A stretch of 50,290 nucleotides of DNA from Catajapyx aquilonaris (Eukaryota), in assembly GCA_000934665.2 (NCBI GenBank), contig JYFJ02002821.1:1-50290 (forward strand). Direction: 5' to 3'. The position numbers and the translations under genes are program-made. This document shows, piece by piece, positions 1-13,139 of the stretch; position 1 is the stretch's first letter; every line of letters starts with the position of its first letter. The notes under the pieces are model-generated. The model was not told the origin of the DNA. It saw only the letters and a list, made by a program, of their open reading frames with translations, and ran no database searches.

Positions 1-541
1 TAATAATCGAATCATTCGAATCCACCCGGCAATGACGTCACATTGCTACGCGATAATTGGCCCGGAGCTTTGCTGCGTTGCCGCTTCTATCTGTCACTCG
101 CGTACCAACTGAACGTGTTCCAAATCCGACACAAATGAAGAGCTACAGGCTCCCCTTTCGGAACTAAACTTTTAAAAATGCCATGACAAATTGGAACCTC
201 CTAATTACGACCGAATAAAATCGATTTCCATCAAAAATAACAAATATTAAGCACACCTCCAAATACCATGTTTAAGTTGGCAGCCGTGACAATTGCGCCT
301 GCGCACAAGAACTTGCCGCCGATAATGGGCCCATATTAAATCGAGTTTAAAACGCAGATTCGAATGGAATGCATAGGATTGAACAGCATTTACTGCTGCA
401 TCGGTTGCGTATGTTTCCCTGATTTTAGCCCTTCTTATTAACATTCCAATTCTAGACTCTCATTTGATTAGCAAGTCGCTTCACTTCCACCTTAAACCCC
501 AAATTAATGTCATTTTGCAGTGTTATATCTTATATGTTTAA

Positions 542-921
542 CTAGCATGTTACCCGGCGTTGCCCGGGTGTGTTGGGGTACTGGTAAAGGTAGGGGAATA
601 CATATATACTGTATTTTAGAAAGTTTGTTTGTTTGTTGTTTGTTTAAAATTTGCGTTCCATACACTCCGAAACGCGATATGACTTAAAACAGGCCTTATA
701 AGTTACAATAAGCCAAAGTTTGTCACTATCTGTGATAGATTACCTGCTTCGGTGATAGCGTAGTTGACCCAGATACTGTATGCTGATTGGATGGCTTGCG
801 TAAAAAGAGGAATTCGGATAGAGTTGGCCCAGGAAAAGACTGCACAGCCAGGTGTTTTTTTCCAGAATGTTTGACCCCTTGACCCCCCAAATCCACAAAT
901 AAACTCATTTATTTATATAGA
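542..921 (-). mobile_element. Non-autonomous Helitron (family A, ~380 bp)
   Basis: On the minus strand it starts A|TCTATATAAAT (921) and ends with the hairpin CCCGGGCAACGCCGGG followed by CTAG|T (542), the canonical Helitron termini in an AT target. The 3' ~170 bp and the GAGTTTATTTGTG motif match 44576-45593. Confidence 0.8.
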
Positions 922-1474
922 TTTTCAAAGAAATAATTGTGGGAAAATGTAACTTAATGACTTAAATAAAGAGTGTCAGTGGAGTATTGCATGATCTTTA
1001 ATCACTGTCTAATTGAAAAATGTAAATATACAGCATATAATTATGCTGATTTATGCCAAAAAGTGTTCATCTCATAACTTAGTTAAAATAATGGAACAAT
1101 GTAACATCCTTATACCCATTTCAAATAGAAATAGTGTTTTGATTTCTGTTTTAAACAAGCATAAAGTTGTATTACAAAAACCCACAGAAAAATAGGATCG
1201 GTGACACTAAGTTGTGGTCCTTCCCAGAAAACTTGAAGCTTTATGGTTATGTCCCAGCAACATACAGTAGCAAGTCTGTTATAATTGTATGTTGACCTAT
1301 AATATCAGCATTAATCATGATGGCACTATTGCACATGAATAAAAAAAATGTTGTCATTAATACTTCTTATATATTATACACAATTTGAATTTTGAACCCT
1401 TTCAAGACAGTTTCTTATCACGAGTTACACCATTACTTCTAAAAAAGAAACATTGGTGAATTTCCTTATCTAGG

Positions 1475-3264
1475 CTACTCTTGCTTTCTTTTTGGGGCGT
1501 ATGACTTCTTGCGGCGACAACAAGCCCGAAGTACCCTCACAGTCACGTAGATAGGAATTATTAATGCAGCAAAAAGGAAAAGGTAGACATCTACCAAATA
1601 ATACTGAACCCAGTTCATATCTACAGCAGGCGATTGAAGGTGTTTTCCACCTTTGTGGCGAATGATATTTTCTACCCAGAAAACCGCGTTTTCCATAGGA
1701 TCTGGATTCTGATCTTGAAACACCTTGGACAAGTCTTGCATTTTTGTCCTGTAGCTGTAATAAATAATTACATTCGTGTTAAAAAGGTGATGCACACTAC
1801 AGTCCTACAGGGTATAAGCTCAAAAATGTAATTCCTCACCTTGAGTCATCCAATATTCGCTTAATGGCTGCCAACAATGACTCTGTGGTGATCTTATCAA
1901 GTTTCAGGCGGATACCTTGTCCATCAAGTTCGACACGACGCATGTTCAAATCCTGGTCTCCAAACATCGGAAATCCCACCAGGGGAACACCATGCCATGT
2001 TGCTTCTTGGGTACTCAGCAGACCACCGTGGGTTATAAAAAGGCGGCATTTTGGATGACCTTATCAGTAAGATCCAGTCAGTATCCTCTTAAAAAATAAT
2101 TGGAAACAGCAGGCTACATACCCAGGAGATCCTGCTGAGGTAGCCATTTGGAGAGCTTCACATTAGATGGCACATCGCTGAGTTCGATATCCACCTTCCA
2201 CAAGACACGCTGCTTCAATTTGGAAAATACATCAAGCAACACTTGGCGTTGACTTTCCGGAACCATGTTGAAAGACACTATAGTTCCCATGCTGAACAAT
2301 ATGAAGCCATCGTCTCCAGAACCATCTACAAATTCAGCAAGATCCTGCGCCAGAAATAAATAATTAATTAAATAACTCTACCAATGGAAAACGGATACTC
2401 ATATTATACACTATAAAAATGTCTAACCTGAGACAAAGGTTTTGGAGCCCTGCAGTGAAGTCCACCAACAGGAACAATAGCTGGTGACATTGAACGCGGA
2501 TAATTAATTGCAAAATGGCTGTTGGTTAACATGAGACTAGTGAACTTTTTTTGCAGATTCCAAATGTAGTCTCCGAGGTCCGGATGACTTTCACGAACTG
2601 CATAGTCTATTAATGGCATATAGAAGTAATTATACATCACCATCGTCGCCACATAACTAACAGCGTTGTTCAGACGGTCGCAAAATGACATCTTATTTGG
2701 TAGGTCTTTGAGGATGTTTGGTACGTAGGCAACCTCAGGTGGATTTCCAAATAATGGATTGTGCCAGGGCAAAGGTGCATTGGCAGACAAATGGATGACA
2801 GGAGCTGGAAATTTATCAACGACGCCGAAAGCCATTTCGTTCACTAAGCCATTGATGATAATGAGGTCAAAGTTCTGAGGAGTGCTCAAGAATTTGGAGA
2901 TCTGGTCAGAAGCGTAAAATTGCCGTGCAGTCTCCACGAGCAAAGTCGTTTCTTGGAACATAGGTATGTTGTTTTTGATGATCATTGTGATGCTGTCCTT
3001 GTCAGTGACTGTGCTAAGCAAAGCCTTATCCCAGTCGACAGGTATCACGTGAGAGGTGATATTAGGTGACTCTATACGACATGGATATGGAGATATTAGT
3101 GTGATGTGGTGATTCCGTTCCAGTAGAGCTTCTAGGAGAGGATACGCGAAGTTCATGTGACTCTTGGATGCAAATGGATACAAAACCAAGATCCTGGCTC
3201 CTTCGACGTAATTATGACATCCCAGAAATATTGTTATTGTGGCTGCGGCCCATAATAGGAACAT
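1475..3264 (-). CDS. UDP-glycosyltransferase UGT-1 (UGT2B-like, ~519 aa)
   Basis: Exons 3264-2428, 2344-2122, 2059-1840, 1754-1475 (all GT-AG, 1560 nt in frame). Signal peptide, PFASKSH, signature [34 protein letters not shown], C-terminal TM helix and KRKQE ER-retrieval tail. An acceptor AG at 3270-3269 implies a 5'UTR exon. Confidence 0.95.
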
Positions 3265-3867
3265 TTTTCTGAAAAAGTAAGTTTAAAATAAACAACTGCT
3301 GCTCCAAAAAATTACTTGTATCAGTTTGCATAAGCCACATGATTTTTGAAAAAACTGGGCTGCAGTAAGGCTATACTATACGCATTCGACGTTAATGGTT
3401 TGGTCTGCAACTCTGCATCATTGAAAGCTTATTAACATCAGGCTCCTGACCAAGTTAGCTTTAAAAATAACTGAAGCTTTACATCATCACATTGCACTAT
3501 GATGGGGGTTTTATGACAATTTGTACTTTTTTGTATGAACTATAGCTAAAAAAAATATGACAGCTCTATGTCTATACGCAAAATCCGATGCTCGAATCGC
3601 CTATATTCATCTATACGCATTATATGTTATCTTTCATTCAGACTATGCAATGATGTGGCACGTTTAAGCACTGCGATGTTGTACTAGTCAAGGTTACCTA
3701 AATATACTATGCATGTTTCTACCCAGCTTCTTACGTCATTCTGCCGGCGAGAAGCAGCTTCCCAGTAGGGGCACAGCTTGAACCTGTTCACTCAAGTGTG
3801 AGTATGATGACTGTCTAACTCACGGTCTAACCAGATGGCGGGGTGACAGGAGAGGTGGGGGTCCTTA

Positions 3868-3963
3868 TTATATAAGCCACAGGCGCGGAGATCTCCACAA
3901 TTCTCTGCGAGGTCATTGCATACATACACAGTCAGAGTATCCACATGAGTTGATATATCAGTC
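3868..3963. promoter_or_regulatory. Candidate promoter elements between divergent UGT-1 and UGT-2
   Basis: Palindromic TTATATAA at 3868-3875; ARE-like ATGACCTCGCA on - at 3916-3906; Inr-like ATCAGTC at 3957-3963; candidate UTR splice donors at 3734 (-) and 4096 (+, GTAAGT). Confidence 0.4.
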
Positions 3964-4270
3964 GATGGCTCCGATCCAAAAGATAGGCAACGGCTACACT
4001 GTCTTATCGCATGTGCCTAGTCTGAAGTACTGTACACACGCAGTAGGCTGTCATTGAAAGATCACTTCTGCAAAGTTCCCACCTGATTTAATACAGTAAG
4101 TAGCATTGAGTCCATCGTGGCAACTCTGTTTCGTATTGCTACAGTAGTTATTAGATTGCGAATAGGTAGTATTTCAACATTATGCTTGAAGGAGCCCATA
4201 CAATCAGATGCGGGTAAATTAATAATGACTTTTTCTAATAACTCACATACTCGCTGTCAGATTATTTCAG

Positions 4271-4448
<178 letters not shown>

Positions 4449-5038
4449 AGCACAATATGACATGAAGCATCCATGAAACAACAGGGTGGACCAAAAGTTT
4501 GATCCTCTTCCCTTGTGTTTAGTCTACTTACACGTCGACACTTACCGGAATTTCCGAAAAAACATATATCCATTGGTCAATGTTGAAGCTTCAATATTTT
4601 CCCGTGCAGTGATACAGTACATTATGTAGCTTTTCACTATTATCATACATAAAACTACAATATTATTAGGTTTGTCTAATTTAATTATTTACATGTTAGC
4701 AACAGCCATGCCTTCCAATGGATGAGGGCTACTTACACCCCTTAAATAATTATTCATCGCCGTAGGCAGATGAAAGTTATAAATGAGCTTTTTAGTTTAG
4801 TTAGCTAACAATAACTGCAATACCGGCATCATTAACCCTGACCAAAGGGCACTTGCAAATATTTAGAGCATCTAAATATTGGCAAGTGATAATTCACTTA
4901 GCAGCTAAATGTGTAATTAGCGCTCAGTTTCATTTATGCCAATATATGAATGCATAAATAATAGACTATCAAAATAACTCTAATTACATATACTTCTTAT
5001 AGGGTCATCAGAATTAAAATACCCACTCCCTGATCAAC

Positions 5039-5123
5039 CCTGTTTTTGTGAAATAACTGTGGAGATTTTGAACATATCATAATATTATGTTCCAAATCTC
5101 CACAGTTATTTCACAAAAACAGG
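5039..5123. repeat. Foldback palindrome (~38-bp arms)
   Basis: CCTGTTTTTGTGAAATAACTGTGGAGATTTTGAACATA pairs with TATGTTCCAAATCTCCACAGTTATTTCACAAAAACAGG (1 mismatch) across a short AT loop. Confidence 0.9.
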
Positions 5124-5306
5124 TAAAAGTAAACTTCAGGTAAAAATAATAATAATAATGAGGTAAAAATAATAATAATAATAATAAGGTAAAAATAATA
5201 ATGATACGATGATGTAAAAAAAATACATTACGCGATGCTACATTTAAAAAAAAAAAGGTACTGAAGACTGCACATATGATTGGGAACTGAAATCCCACGT
5301 TTAAGG

Positions 5307-5692
5307 GTGGGATAAAGGGTCCGGCGCTTATGGAGGTTGACATGTTAAATGTCAGGCCTAATAACTCCGTAATTACTGAACAGAATGACATGAAATATTT
5401 GACACAACACGACACAACAACCCTTGTCACGGCTATGTTGAGCGATTTTGCTCATTTGGTCCTTATTCTTCACAGGACATTATTTCCTCACATGCCTTCA
5501 AATTCCTCTCGGTTTCGTGGTTTTCATAATTAACTGAATCCCTAAAACAGGTTTCGCTCAACATAGCCGTGTCAAGGGTTGTTGTGTCGTGTTGTGTCAA
5601 AAATTTCACGTCATTCTGTTCAGTAATTACGTAGTTATTAGGCCCGACATTTAACATGTCAACCTCCATAAGCGCCGGGACCTTTATCCCAC
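5307..5692. mobile_element. Long-TIR foldback/MITE (~138-bp inverted repeats, ~110-bp spacer)
   Basis: 5307-5445 (GTGGGATAAAGG...GTTGAGCGA) is the near-exact reverse complement of 5555-5692; this explains the mirror-image ORFs 5330+ and 5726-. Confidence 0.8.
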
Positions 5693-5694
5693 GG

Positions 5695-5730
5695 AGCCTT
5701 GAGCCATCCAAGCTTGGATGGCTCAAGGCT
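5695..5730. repeat. Perfect 36-bp palindrome flanked by an 11-bp direct repeat
   Basis: AGCCTTGAGCCATCCAAG|CTTGGATGGCTCAAGGCT; CTTTATCCCAC at 5682-5692 and 5738-5748. Confidence 0.9.
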
Positions 5731-5860
5731 ACGCATGCTTTATCCCACAGAATTGACAGAATGACAAGTTCTCTTGTGGAGTAGCAAAATATTATAAAAA
5801 GAAAATACCGGTACTGTACATAATTATTAAATAATTAATTTTTCAAAGATAATCTATATG

Positions 5861-5958
5861 CAGTAGACTCCGGATGTAACACATGAAGGGACCCAGAAAT
5901 CAGTCTGCGATTGCTGAGAGTCTGTTGTAGTCGAGACTGTTATATCCGGAGTCAACTG
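5861..5958. mobile_element. Tc1/pogo (Tigger)-like MITE, degenerate
   Basis: TIRs CAGTAGACTCCGGATGTAACA and TGTTATATCCGGAGTCAACTG; CAGT termini; TA target decayed. Confidence 0.6.
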
Positions 5959-6073
5959 CATACATTAATGAGAATGTGTGACCTTCTGTTCAAGATTTTG
6001 TTGACAAAAGTTTGATCATAATTTACTTTTCCCGCTTTACCTTCTTTACAGGTACTCCCATTAACTCAAGAAA

Positions 6074-7954
6074 ATGATACTGAAACTGCTTACAATCCTG
6101 GTTATTATGAATGGAGCGACTGGTTCCGAAATACTGTTCTTCTTCGGAATAGGCTCACTGAGTCATAAGCACGGAATGATGCCCCTCATAAAGGGCCTGA
6201 AAGAAAGAGGTCACAAAATCACAATTTTATCTCCCTTCAAGCCTTCCCAGCCTGACAATGACATTGTAGAAATAGTGCCCAAACTTCTAGATGAAATAAC
6301 TCAAGATGACCTGTCCTTGAACATGTTTGACAGTAGAATGGCGGGAAATATTTCAAATGTAGCAACAATTTTGCCACTATTTGGAATATGGGCATGCGAA
6401 GCCATCTTGTCCAGTCCGGAAACCAAATATTTTTTCCGCGACTCTGGCCCACGATTACACTTTGACCTCATCTTAGTAGATGGAATGATGAGTGACTGTG
6501 CCTTGGGCTTCGTCCACTATTTCAAGGCACCATTTATCGTGTTTTCCAACACCGGACTCTATACCTGGCTGCACTACTCAGTGGGGGATCCAAATCCAGG
6601 ATTCTGGGGCAGTTTCGACCCCATGTATCCTGTGATAGGCACAGATAATATGTGGAACCGACTAGTGAGCGGCTTAGTTCCGGTCTTTTGGGATTTGTCC
6701 AGGAGATACTACTTATTTCCGAGGCTAGAAAATATGTTAAAACCAGTAGTGGGCGAGGACCTCCCTCCACTAGTAGAACTGGATAGAAACGTTAGTTTAA
6801 TATTGACAAATTCCCACCCCAGCGTTGATATTCCAATTCCGTTGTTGCCAAATGTGGTGCAAGTCGGAGGGATGCATTGTAGAAACGCCAAGCCACTGCC
6901 AAAGGTGATGTACTGTACTTCACGATCAGTGTTGAACAAATGGCACATTAATTTATGACGCAACTTCCACGGACCAACAGGATATGGAGTCATTCGTCTC
7001 TGGTTCTGGTCAACACGGATTCATTGTTTTCAGTTTGGGCTCTGTGGTTCATTCTACCCATATGTCCCAAGCTCACCAGGAAGTGTTTCTTCGTGTTTTC
7101 TCCAAATTACCACAACGTGTGGTATGGAAGTGGGAAAATGACAAGATGGTTAATATTCCTCCAAATGTATTACTTTCAAAATGGTTACCTCAGGCAGACC
7201 TTTTGGGTTAGTTACAACGTACTTTCAACTTTTCATGAAAACAGCACTAATTACTTTTTGTACAGGTCATCCCAAAGCACGTCTGTTTATCTCTCACGGT
7301 GGAAACCTTGGGGTTATGGAATCCGTGTATAACGCCGTTCCTCTGCTCATTATGCCATTCTTTGCCGACCAAGACGGAAATGCTAGGTTGGCCGAAATTC
7401 ATGGGTATGGAATGAAGCTGGATGTAGTGGAACTCTCGGAGGAAAAACTGGATGCTTCACTCAGGCTCCTTCTTCAAGACAAACGGTAATTTTATAAAAA
7501 CCCTACCACACTTTTTATAATTATAGCCTAGTGATCTGATTTAGTGAATATCTGGAACCGGCTATACTTTAGCATTAGTGCATAAAATAAGCACTTTACA
7601 TCACCAGTGGGGGGGGGGGGNGGGGGGGTTGTCAAATCATCCCTTTTTACCAACTTATTTACACGTTGCAGATATGCCGAAAATGCTAAGATTCATTCTC
7701 GCTGGTTGAGAGACCAACCGGTACACCCTTTACAACAAGCCATCTTCTGGACAGAATATGTCCTTCGTCACAAAGGAGCGACTCCATTTGTTTCACACGT
7801 CCGAAATCAACCATTTTATCAGTTTTATCGCTTAGATGCTCTGTTTATAATTGTTGTATTGTTCTCGATGGTAGTTGTGGGGGTTTACTACACGTGTCGC
7901 TTAGTTTGCAAATCTTTTAGAGCCCAAAAACAATCCAAGGTGAAATCTTCTTAA
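6074..7954 (+). CDS. UDP-glycosyltransferase UGT-2 (~519 aa)
   Basis: Exons 6074-6904, 6981-7206, 7266-7485, 7672-7954 (1560 nt). Canonical GSLSH and FDLILVD, signature [27 protein letters not shown], TM helix, KVKSS tail. An acceptor at 6050-6051 implies a 5'UTR exon. Confidence 0.95.
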
Positions 7955-8580
7955 AAACCGAACTTAAAATTGTGCATTTTTTCATCTGCTTTAAGTCCAA
8001 TTATTCATTCAGAGTTGGCTAACATATTCTGTGTGGTATAGGTGCATGGTAGCTAGGCAAGGAATCTATATGGGATAGCCAATAATATTCGCATTTGTAT
8101 CCAACAAGTTGGATGTTGGGATGGAAATAGCTCTTTATACTGTATATACTTCAGGTAAAATAAATTTATACTTTCCTATGAACTAATCACATTTAAGCCA
8201 ATCATGATAAGTTGAATTCAAAGATTTGCAAGTTGAGATATGTGAGAGTAATATTCCAATATATTTTAAAATATATTTAAATATATTCATTTCCAATGGT
8301 GCATCCAATCAACAAAATAATGGCAAATATGTTGCTGTGTGTTACCCGTAACTGTAATGCAGGTCAATTGGCGGTGAAAATGACACGGTTACCTGACAAG
8401 TGGCTCTTCAAACTACAGCAAAGTCAATCAGATAGGCCTACAAGTTACGGTAGTACCTTCTGGCTACAGTGCTAACTTTATCCCAAGATAGCTGCTGGAA
8501 ATATGGCTCTTTTTAAATGCCACGTGTCTTCATCATTGAATTTTATTACAGTAGCACCATCCGGATATATACTGTATACC

Positions 8581-8586
8581 TTGTTT

Positions 8587-8631
<45 letters not shown>
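8581..8631. repeat. (TTG)n microsatellite
   Basis: Directly visible. Confidence 0.95.
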
Positions 8632-8632
<1 letters not shown>

Positions 8633-8816
8633 GAGATACATCAAATGTTATAGTCAGCAAATAAATGAAGGAATAAAATAATAATCTGCATGGCCGAACG
8701 ACAGCTGGATGTTATCAGAGAGTTGTCCGGTTTTTTCTCTTCCGATTTTTTGATCACTTATCTTAAAAGTATTTATATACTTTTAGACAGCTATAACCTT
8801 AAACTTAAGCATTTAA

Positions 8817-9293
8817 AACCGAAGCAGGTTGGCGGAGTGGATATGATGTCCGACTGCTAATCGGAAGGTCCTGGGTTCGAGCCCCGGGACCGGCGATCCT
8901 AACAGTGGTTTTCTGTGGTTTCCTGCGGTCCTTCCAGGAAAATTCCGGGATCGCTTCCTAAATAATAGGTCACAGATGCTTCCTTCCTTTCCTATCCTTG
9001 TCCCATCCATGAGGAGGTGCTGTGTCGGTGGGGATTTCTGACCCGCATAGGGGGTGGTCATCTTGCGAACGGACCCCCTGAGGGACTGCACACGACCCCC
9101 CCACCATGAGACATTACACTTGCACCACTACCCCCCCCCCCTCCTCATTATTCCTTTCTGTCCCCTGCACCGGAGAGAGAGAAGAAAATGCGGAAGAATA
9201 TTCGCATGGAAAATGGAGGTGATCTCCCCCCTACATTGACTAATAAGTTAAGTCTCAAGGGGTACCAAATAAATAAATAAAATAAATATAAAT
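8817..9293 (+). mobile_element. tRNA-derived SINE (family S1, Ser-GCT-like head)
   Basis: A box TGGCGGAGTGG, anticodon-like arm CCGA-CTGCTAA-TCGG, B box GGTTCGAGCCC, (TAAA)n tail, TSD AAAC(T/A)TAAGCATTTAA at 8801-8816 and 9294-9309; homologous to 33663-33955. Confidence 0.85.
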
Positions 9294-10248
9294 AAACATA
9301 AGCATTTAATATTTGATTATGAAAATGCACCAATAACAATAATATTTCATATTCTCTGCATGCATGTAGCACCCAATTTGTTACGCAATCAAAAATATAT
9401 TGCAGATTAATCACTTTGTACTTGAGTGGTTAACAATATCTGAAAAATAGATATCTCTAATATTTCAGCTTGTTAAAATTGACTTAAAACGATCAAAAAA
9501 TCAGAGCTACATTAACTTGTCATGATTATTTTGTATCTTTTAATCAGTTGTTACGTGAACAGTCAATATCTGCTCTCCCATTTCTCATTGGAGATCTTGT
9601 GTGCACTGGGCAATATTTTGACCTGCATGTTAGGTGCAATTGGGCCCAAATCTATAATTTAAAATTGATGTCTTGTTATTATATAGCCAAACGCGACAAT
9701 GCCCGTTTCCTTGTTAGTTACCCTGCGTTTTTTTAAAAAACTGTCCAGCGTTGTATATCGTGCATTTGTTTTTACTGACCTCGCTGGATTATTCACCAAA
9801 CCTCCCTGAAATAAAAATAATATATTCACCACCATAAATTGCATCATAAGAACATGTGAGTGGCATGTGAGTAGTTTACTTCCCCACGTAACCAACCTCC
9901 CATCAGCATGAACTGCGAAAAAATATTGCATAACAATATTATACACACGGTACTGTATTATTTGAAAGTGTATAACACATGAAAACCTGAAATGCAAAAC
10001 GAGTCTTATTCAGGTAGTTGGCCATGGTGTCCCTACAATAGGCTGTAAGAAGTGATCGACCTCATTATTTTGAGCACTGCCCAGACATGACCAATCACAA
10101 AAATGATAAGAAGTCTATCTTACTTCGGCTAGGCTTCCTGAAAGAATCATCTCAGTTACATAAAGGAAACCATTGAGTACGGAGTGTTTTGAGGATTTCT
10201 CCTCATTTTATCACAAGTTCAGCTGGTTTAGAAAGTGACATTGATTCA

Positions 10249-12207
10249 ATGATGATGCATATTTTGTCCGTGACGACGCTCTGCCTGTTTCTGGCCAATG
10301 TGAGATACTGTGACGGTGCTAAAATTTTGGTGTTCATGCCGTTGAGTACTAGGAGTGAAACAATGTATTTTTATCCGCTGAGTCGAGAGCTTGCAGAGAG
10401 GGGTCATGACGTGACTGTGTTGTCTTCTATGCACCCGACAAGTGACATGGGACGAGCAAAAGTCGTAGTTCCACCGGAAGTTCTCCAAGTCAGTGTGGAA
10501 AATGTGGGCAGTGACTTGGTTGAAGCTAGAATCTTAAGAGGTTCCACTGAATATTCAATGATGAAGGTATGTGTTAGCTATATTTTTTGTGTTGGAAACA
10601 ACTGAATGTCATAATAATTATGACATTCAGTTGTTACTTTCCCAAATTGACACTGGACAAATTATTTGTCCAGTGTCAATTTGGGAAAGTAATTTTGAAC
10701 AGCTAAACCAATGACAAAACTTTCCATGTAGTTGTGCGGACAAATGGTCGTTCCCGTCTGTGAAGCAGCCTTAGTCAAAAGCAACGTCGTCAGAGACATG
10801 GTCCGTTCTGGCCAGCGTGTGGATTTAATAATCATCAACGGTTCTCCCAACGACTGCGGCCTGGCTTTGGCACACATACTTAAGGCTCCATTTGTCTATG
10901 TCGAGAGTGCAGGTCTTTATCCCTGGCACACGTGGAATTCCGGAAATGCACTTCCTACCGCATACACGCCCAGTGTCATGTCACCATTTAGCCAAGAAAT
11001 GACTTTCAGGCAACGTGCTGAGAACACCTTGCGATTTGCCCTGTGGCACTATACACGACAAAAGTACGTACTCGAGCCACTGGAAAAGATGCTGAAAACA
11101 TCAGGTTACCTGAAAGATGATTCACCTTCTCTGGTTGAAATAGAGAAAAATGTGAGTTTAATCCTAGTACATCGTGATCCGAGCCTGGAATTTCCTACTC
11201 CTGTTCTATCCAACGTGGTCAAAACTGGTTGTGTGCATTGCCGATTGCCCAAAACACTGCCTCAGGTAATGCTGTACATATTTTACATTTATATTTTTAC
11301 ATTTCACTCGAATTTATAATTTCAAATGTTACGAAAATTAGGAATTGGAAGATTTTATCAGCGGTGCTGGCGACCATGGATTCATTTACTTCAGTCTGGG
11401 ATCCTTATCGACGTTGCAACAAAATCTCCAGTTTTTCAAAACCAATTTTCTGGACGTCTTTTCTGCCTTGCCTCAACGGGTTCTGGTCAAGTGGGACACA
11501 AATGCGACGAATGAGGACATTGGAGTGTCTGAAAATATAAAACTGTTGCAGTGGCTTCCTCAACAAGACGTTCTCGGTACAGTAATTTTGTTTATTCTAT
11601 CATTTTACGACTAAAATATTGACAACAAACTACTGACCATTCAGGGCACCCCAAATGTAAGCTCTTCGTAACCCACGGAGGTCTCTTCAGTACTACTGAA
11701 ACCGTGTATCATGGAGTTCCTACGGTAGTGTTTCCCATGTTCTGGGACCAAGACTACAACGCCGCACTCATGGAATACCTAGGGATTGGTATTAAATTGG
11801 AGATATCTCAAGCTTCTCCAGAAAGCTTGCGAGAAGCCATCAAAGAAGTCACCACCAATCCCAGGTATGTAGGTCGATACTAACAATGCTGTGAATAATT
11901 TTTGTAACTAATAAAATGTTCTTTCAGCTATCGCGAGAAAGTGAAGAATCGGTCAAGGGTACTTCGTGATCAACCTCAACATCCTCTTGCTCTGAACGTA
12001 TTTTGGATCGAATTTGTTCTCAGACACGGTGGACTACCGTATTTGAAGTCTGTTAGTCAAGATATGCCTTGGTATCAGACCAGTTTGTTTGATATATATC
12101 TCTTTCTATTGTCATCAGTAATAGCCATAATTTTCTTGGTAATGTTTAGCATTCGTGCTCTTAAAAAATTGTGCACTAAATCGCAACCCAAACAGAAGAC
12201 GAACTAA
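10249..12207 (+). CDS. UDP-glycosyltransferase UGT-3 (Glu/Asn-type, ~528 aa)
   Basis: Exons 10249-10566, 10732-11265, 11342-11576, 11645-11864, 11928-12207 (1587 nt). Signature [30 protein letters not shown], TM helix, KQKTN tail. PLSTRSE replaces the ..SH motif. Confidence 0.93.
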
Positions 12208-13139
12208 TCGCAAATCTTTTATTGTACACGAGAAAGCTATTCTTATTCCCTATTATTATTTTTCTGGATGGTTCATTGCCTATCTTGACACCTCCATCAA
12301 TGGGGCGTGATAAAACGTGATAGATTACCCGACTCTCACCATTACTACAGGTGCATATGGGAATCTACCTATGGAAATGAGCAAGATGTGCACTTTTGCA
12401 CTACCCCATTGGGGAAGGTGTCACCTTAGGCAGTGAATTACCCTGTGGAGTAATTTATGTAGAACTAGCAGCGGTAGGCCTACCCGTTCTTCGCACGGGG
12501 AAAAAATGGGCGTGGATAATTACACCGAAATCTCGGATCTCAGGCAATATTAAATGCAAAACTGCTCATTCCCTTGCATATTATGTAGGCACTGGAAGGG
12601 TGTAAAAATTCTGGTTTGTTTGCGTAATAAAGAGCCACGCAACTATGGCTATGTGGTTATCAGAATACAAAAAGGTGGGGCAGATGGAGAGAGAAACAAA
12701 GAAGAACAGAAGGAAACACTGGTATCTCTCTTAGCCTGTCTCCTATCCCAAAGGCCTGTCCAACTTGGGCGGCCCTACCAGTAGACGAAACTACCGCCGG
12801 CATAGCTCTTCAGGATCATGGGAAAATGAAAGCCCACCACCACGGCAAGGTGGAGATACATTGGGGGGAGGGGACATAAAAAATTTGGATAAAAAAATTG
12901 GGGGAAGTGCAAAATTTGAAACCATTTACAGGCCTGTTTCTGTGGTAATCACCAACAAAATTCTGTTGCCACAGGCAAACAAATTTTATTTTTTTTGCCT
13001 TACATACGTAGATTATCAAAATATGTTATTTCTTAATTAATTTATAGCAGCAAACCCGTGTGTAGTGTCTGGTACATATGTTGAACTTGGTGTCAGTCAA
13101 CGTACACATAAGTGATTGAAAGCGGAGGGATAATATAAT

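Noticed and set aside
5330..5726. Apparently duplicated small protein MEVDMLNV.. on both strands
   Set aside because: Artefact of the long inverted repeat; the same holds for 15189-15401, 44172-44477 and 48618-49074.
7608..7628. N bases within poly-G runs (also 17991, 42144)
   Set aside because: Homopolymer assembly uncertainty in intronic or TE sequence; no effect on the gene models.
8817..8895. Genuine tRNA genes (also at 22433, 33880-33955, 43640-43714, 45075-45150, 49593)
   Set aside because: Acceptor stems do not pair properly, and each continues into a shared body; most also have a simple-repeat tail and a TSD. These are SINE heads.
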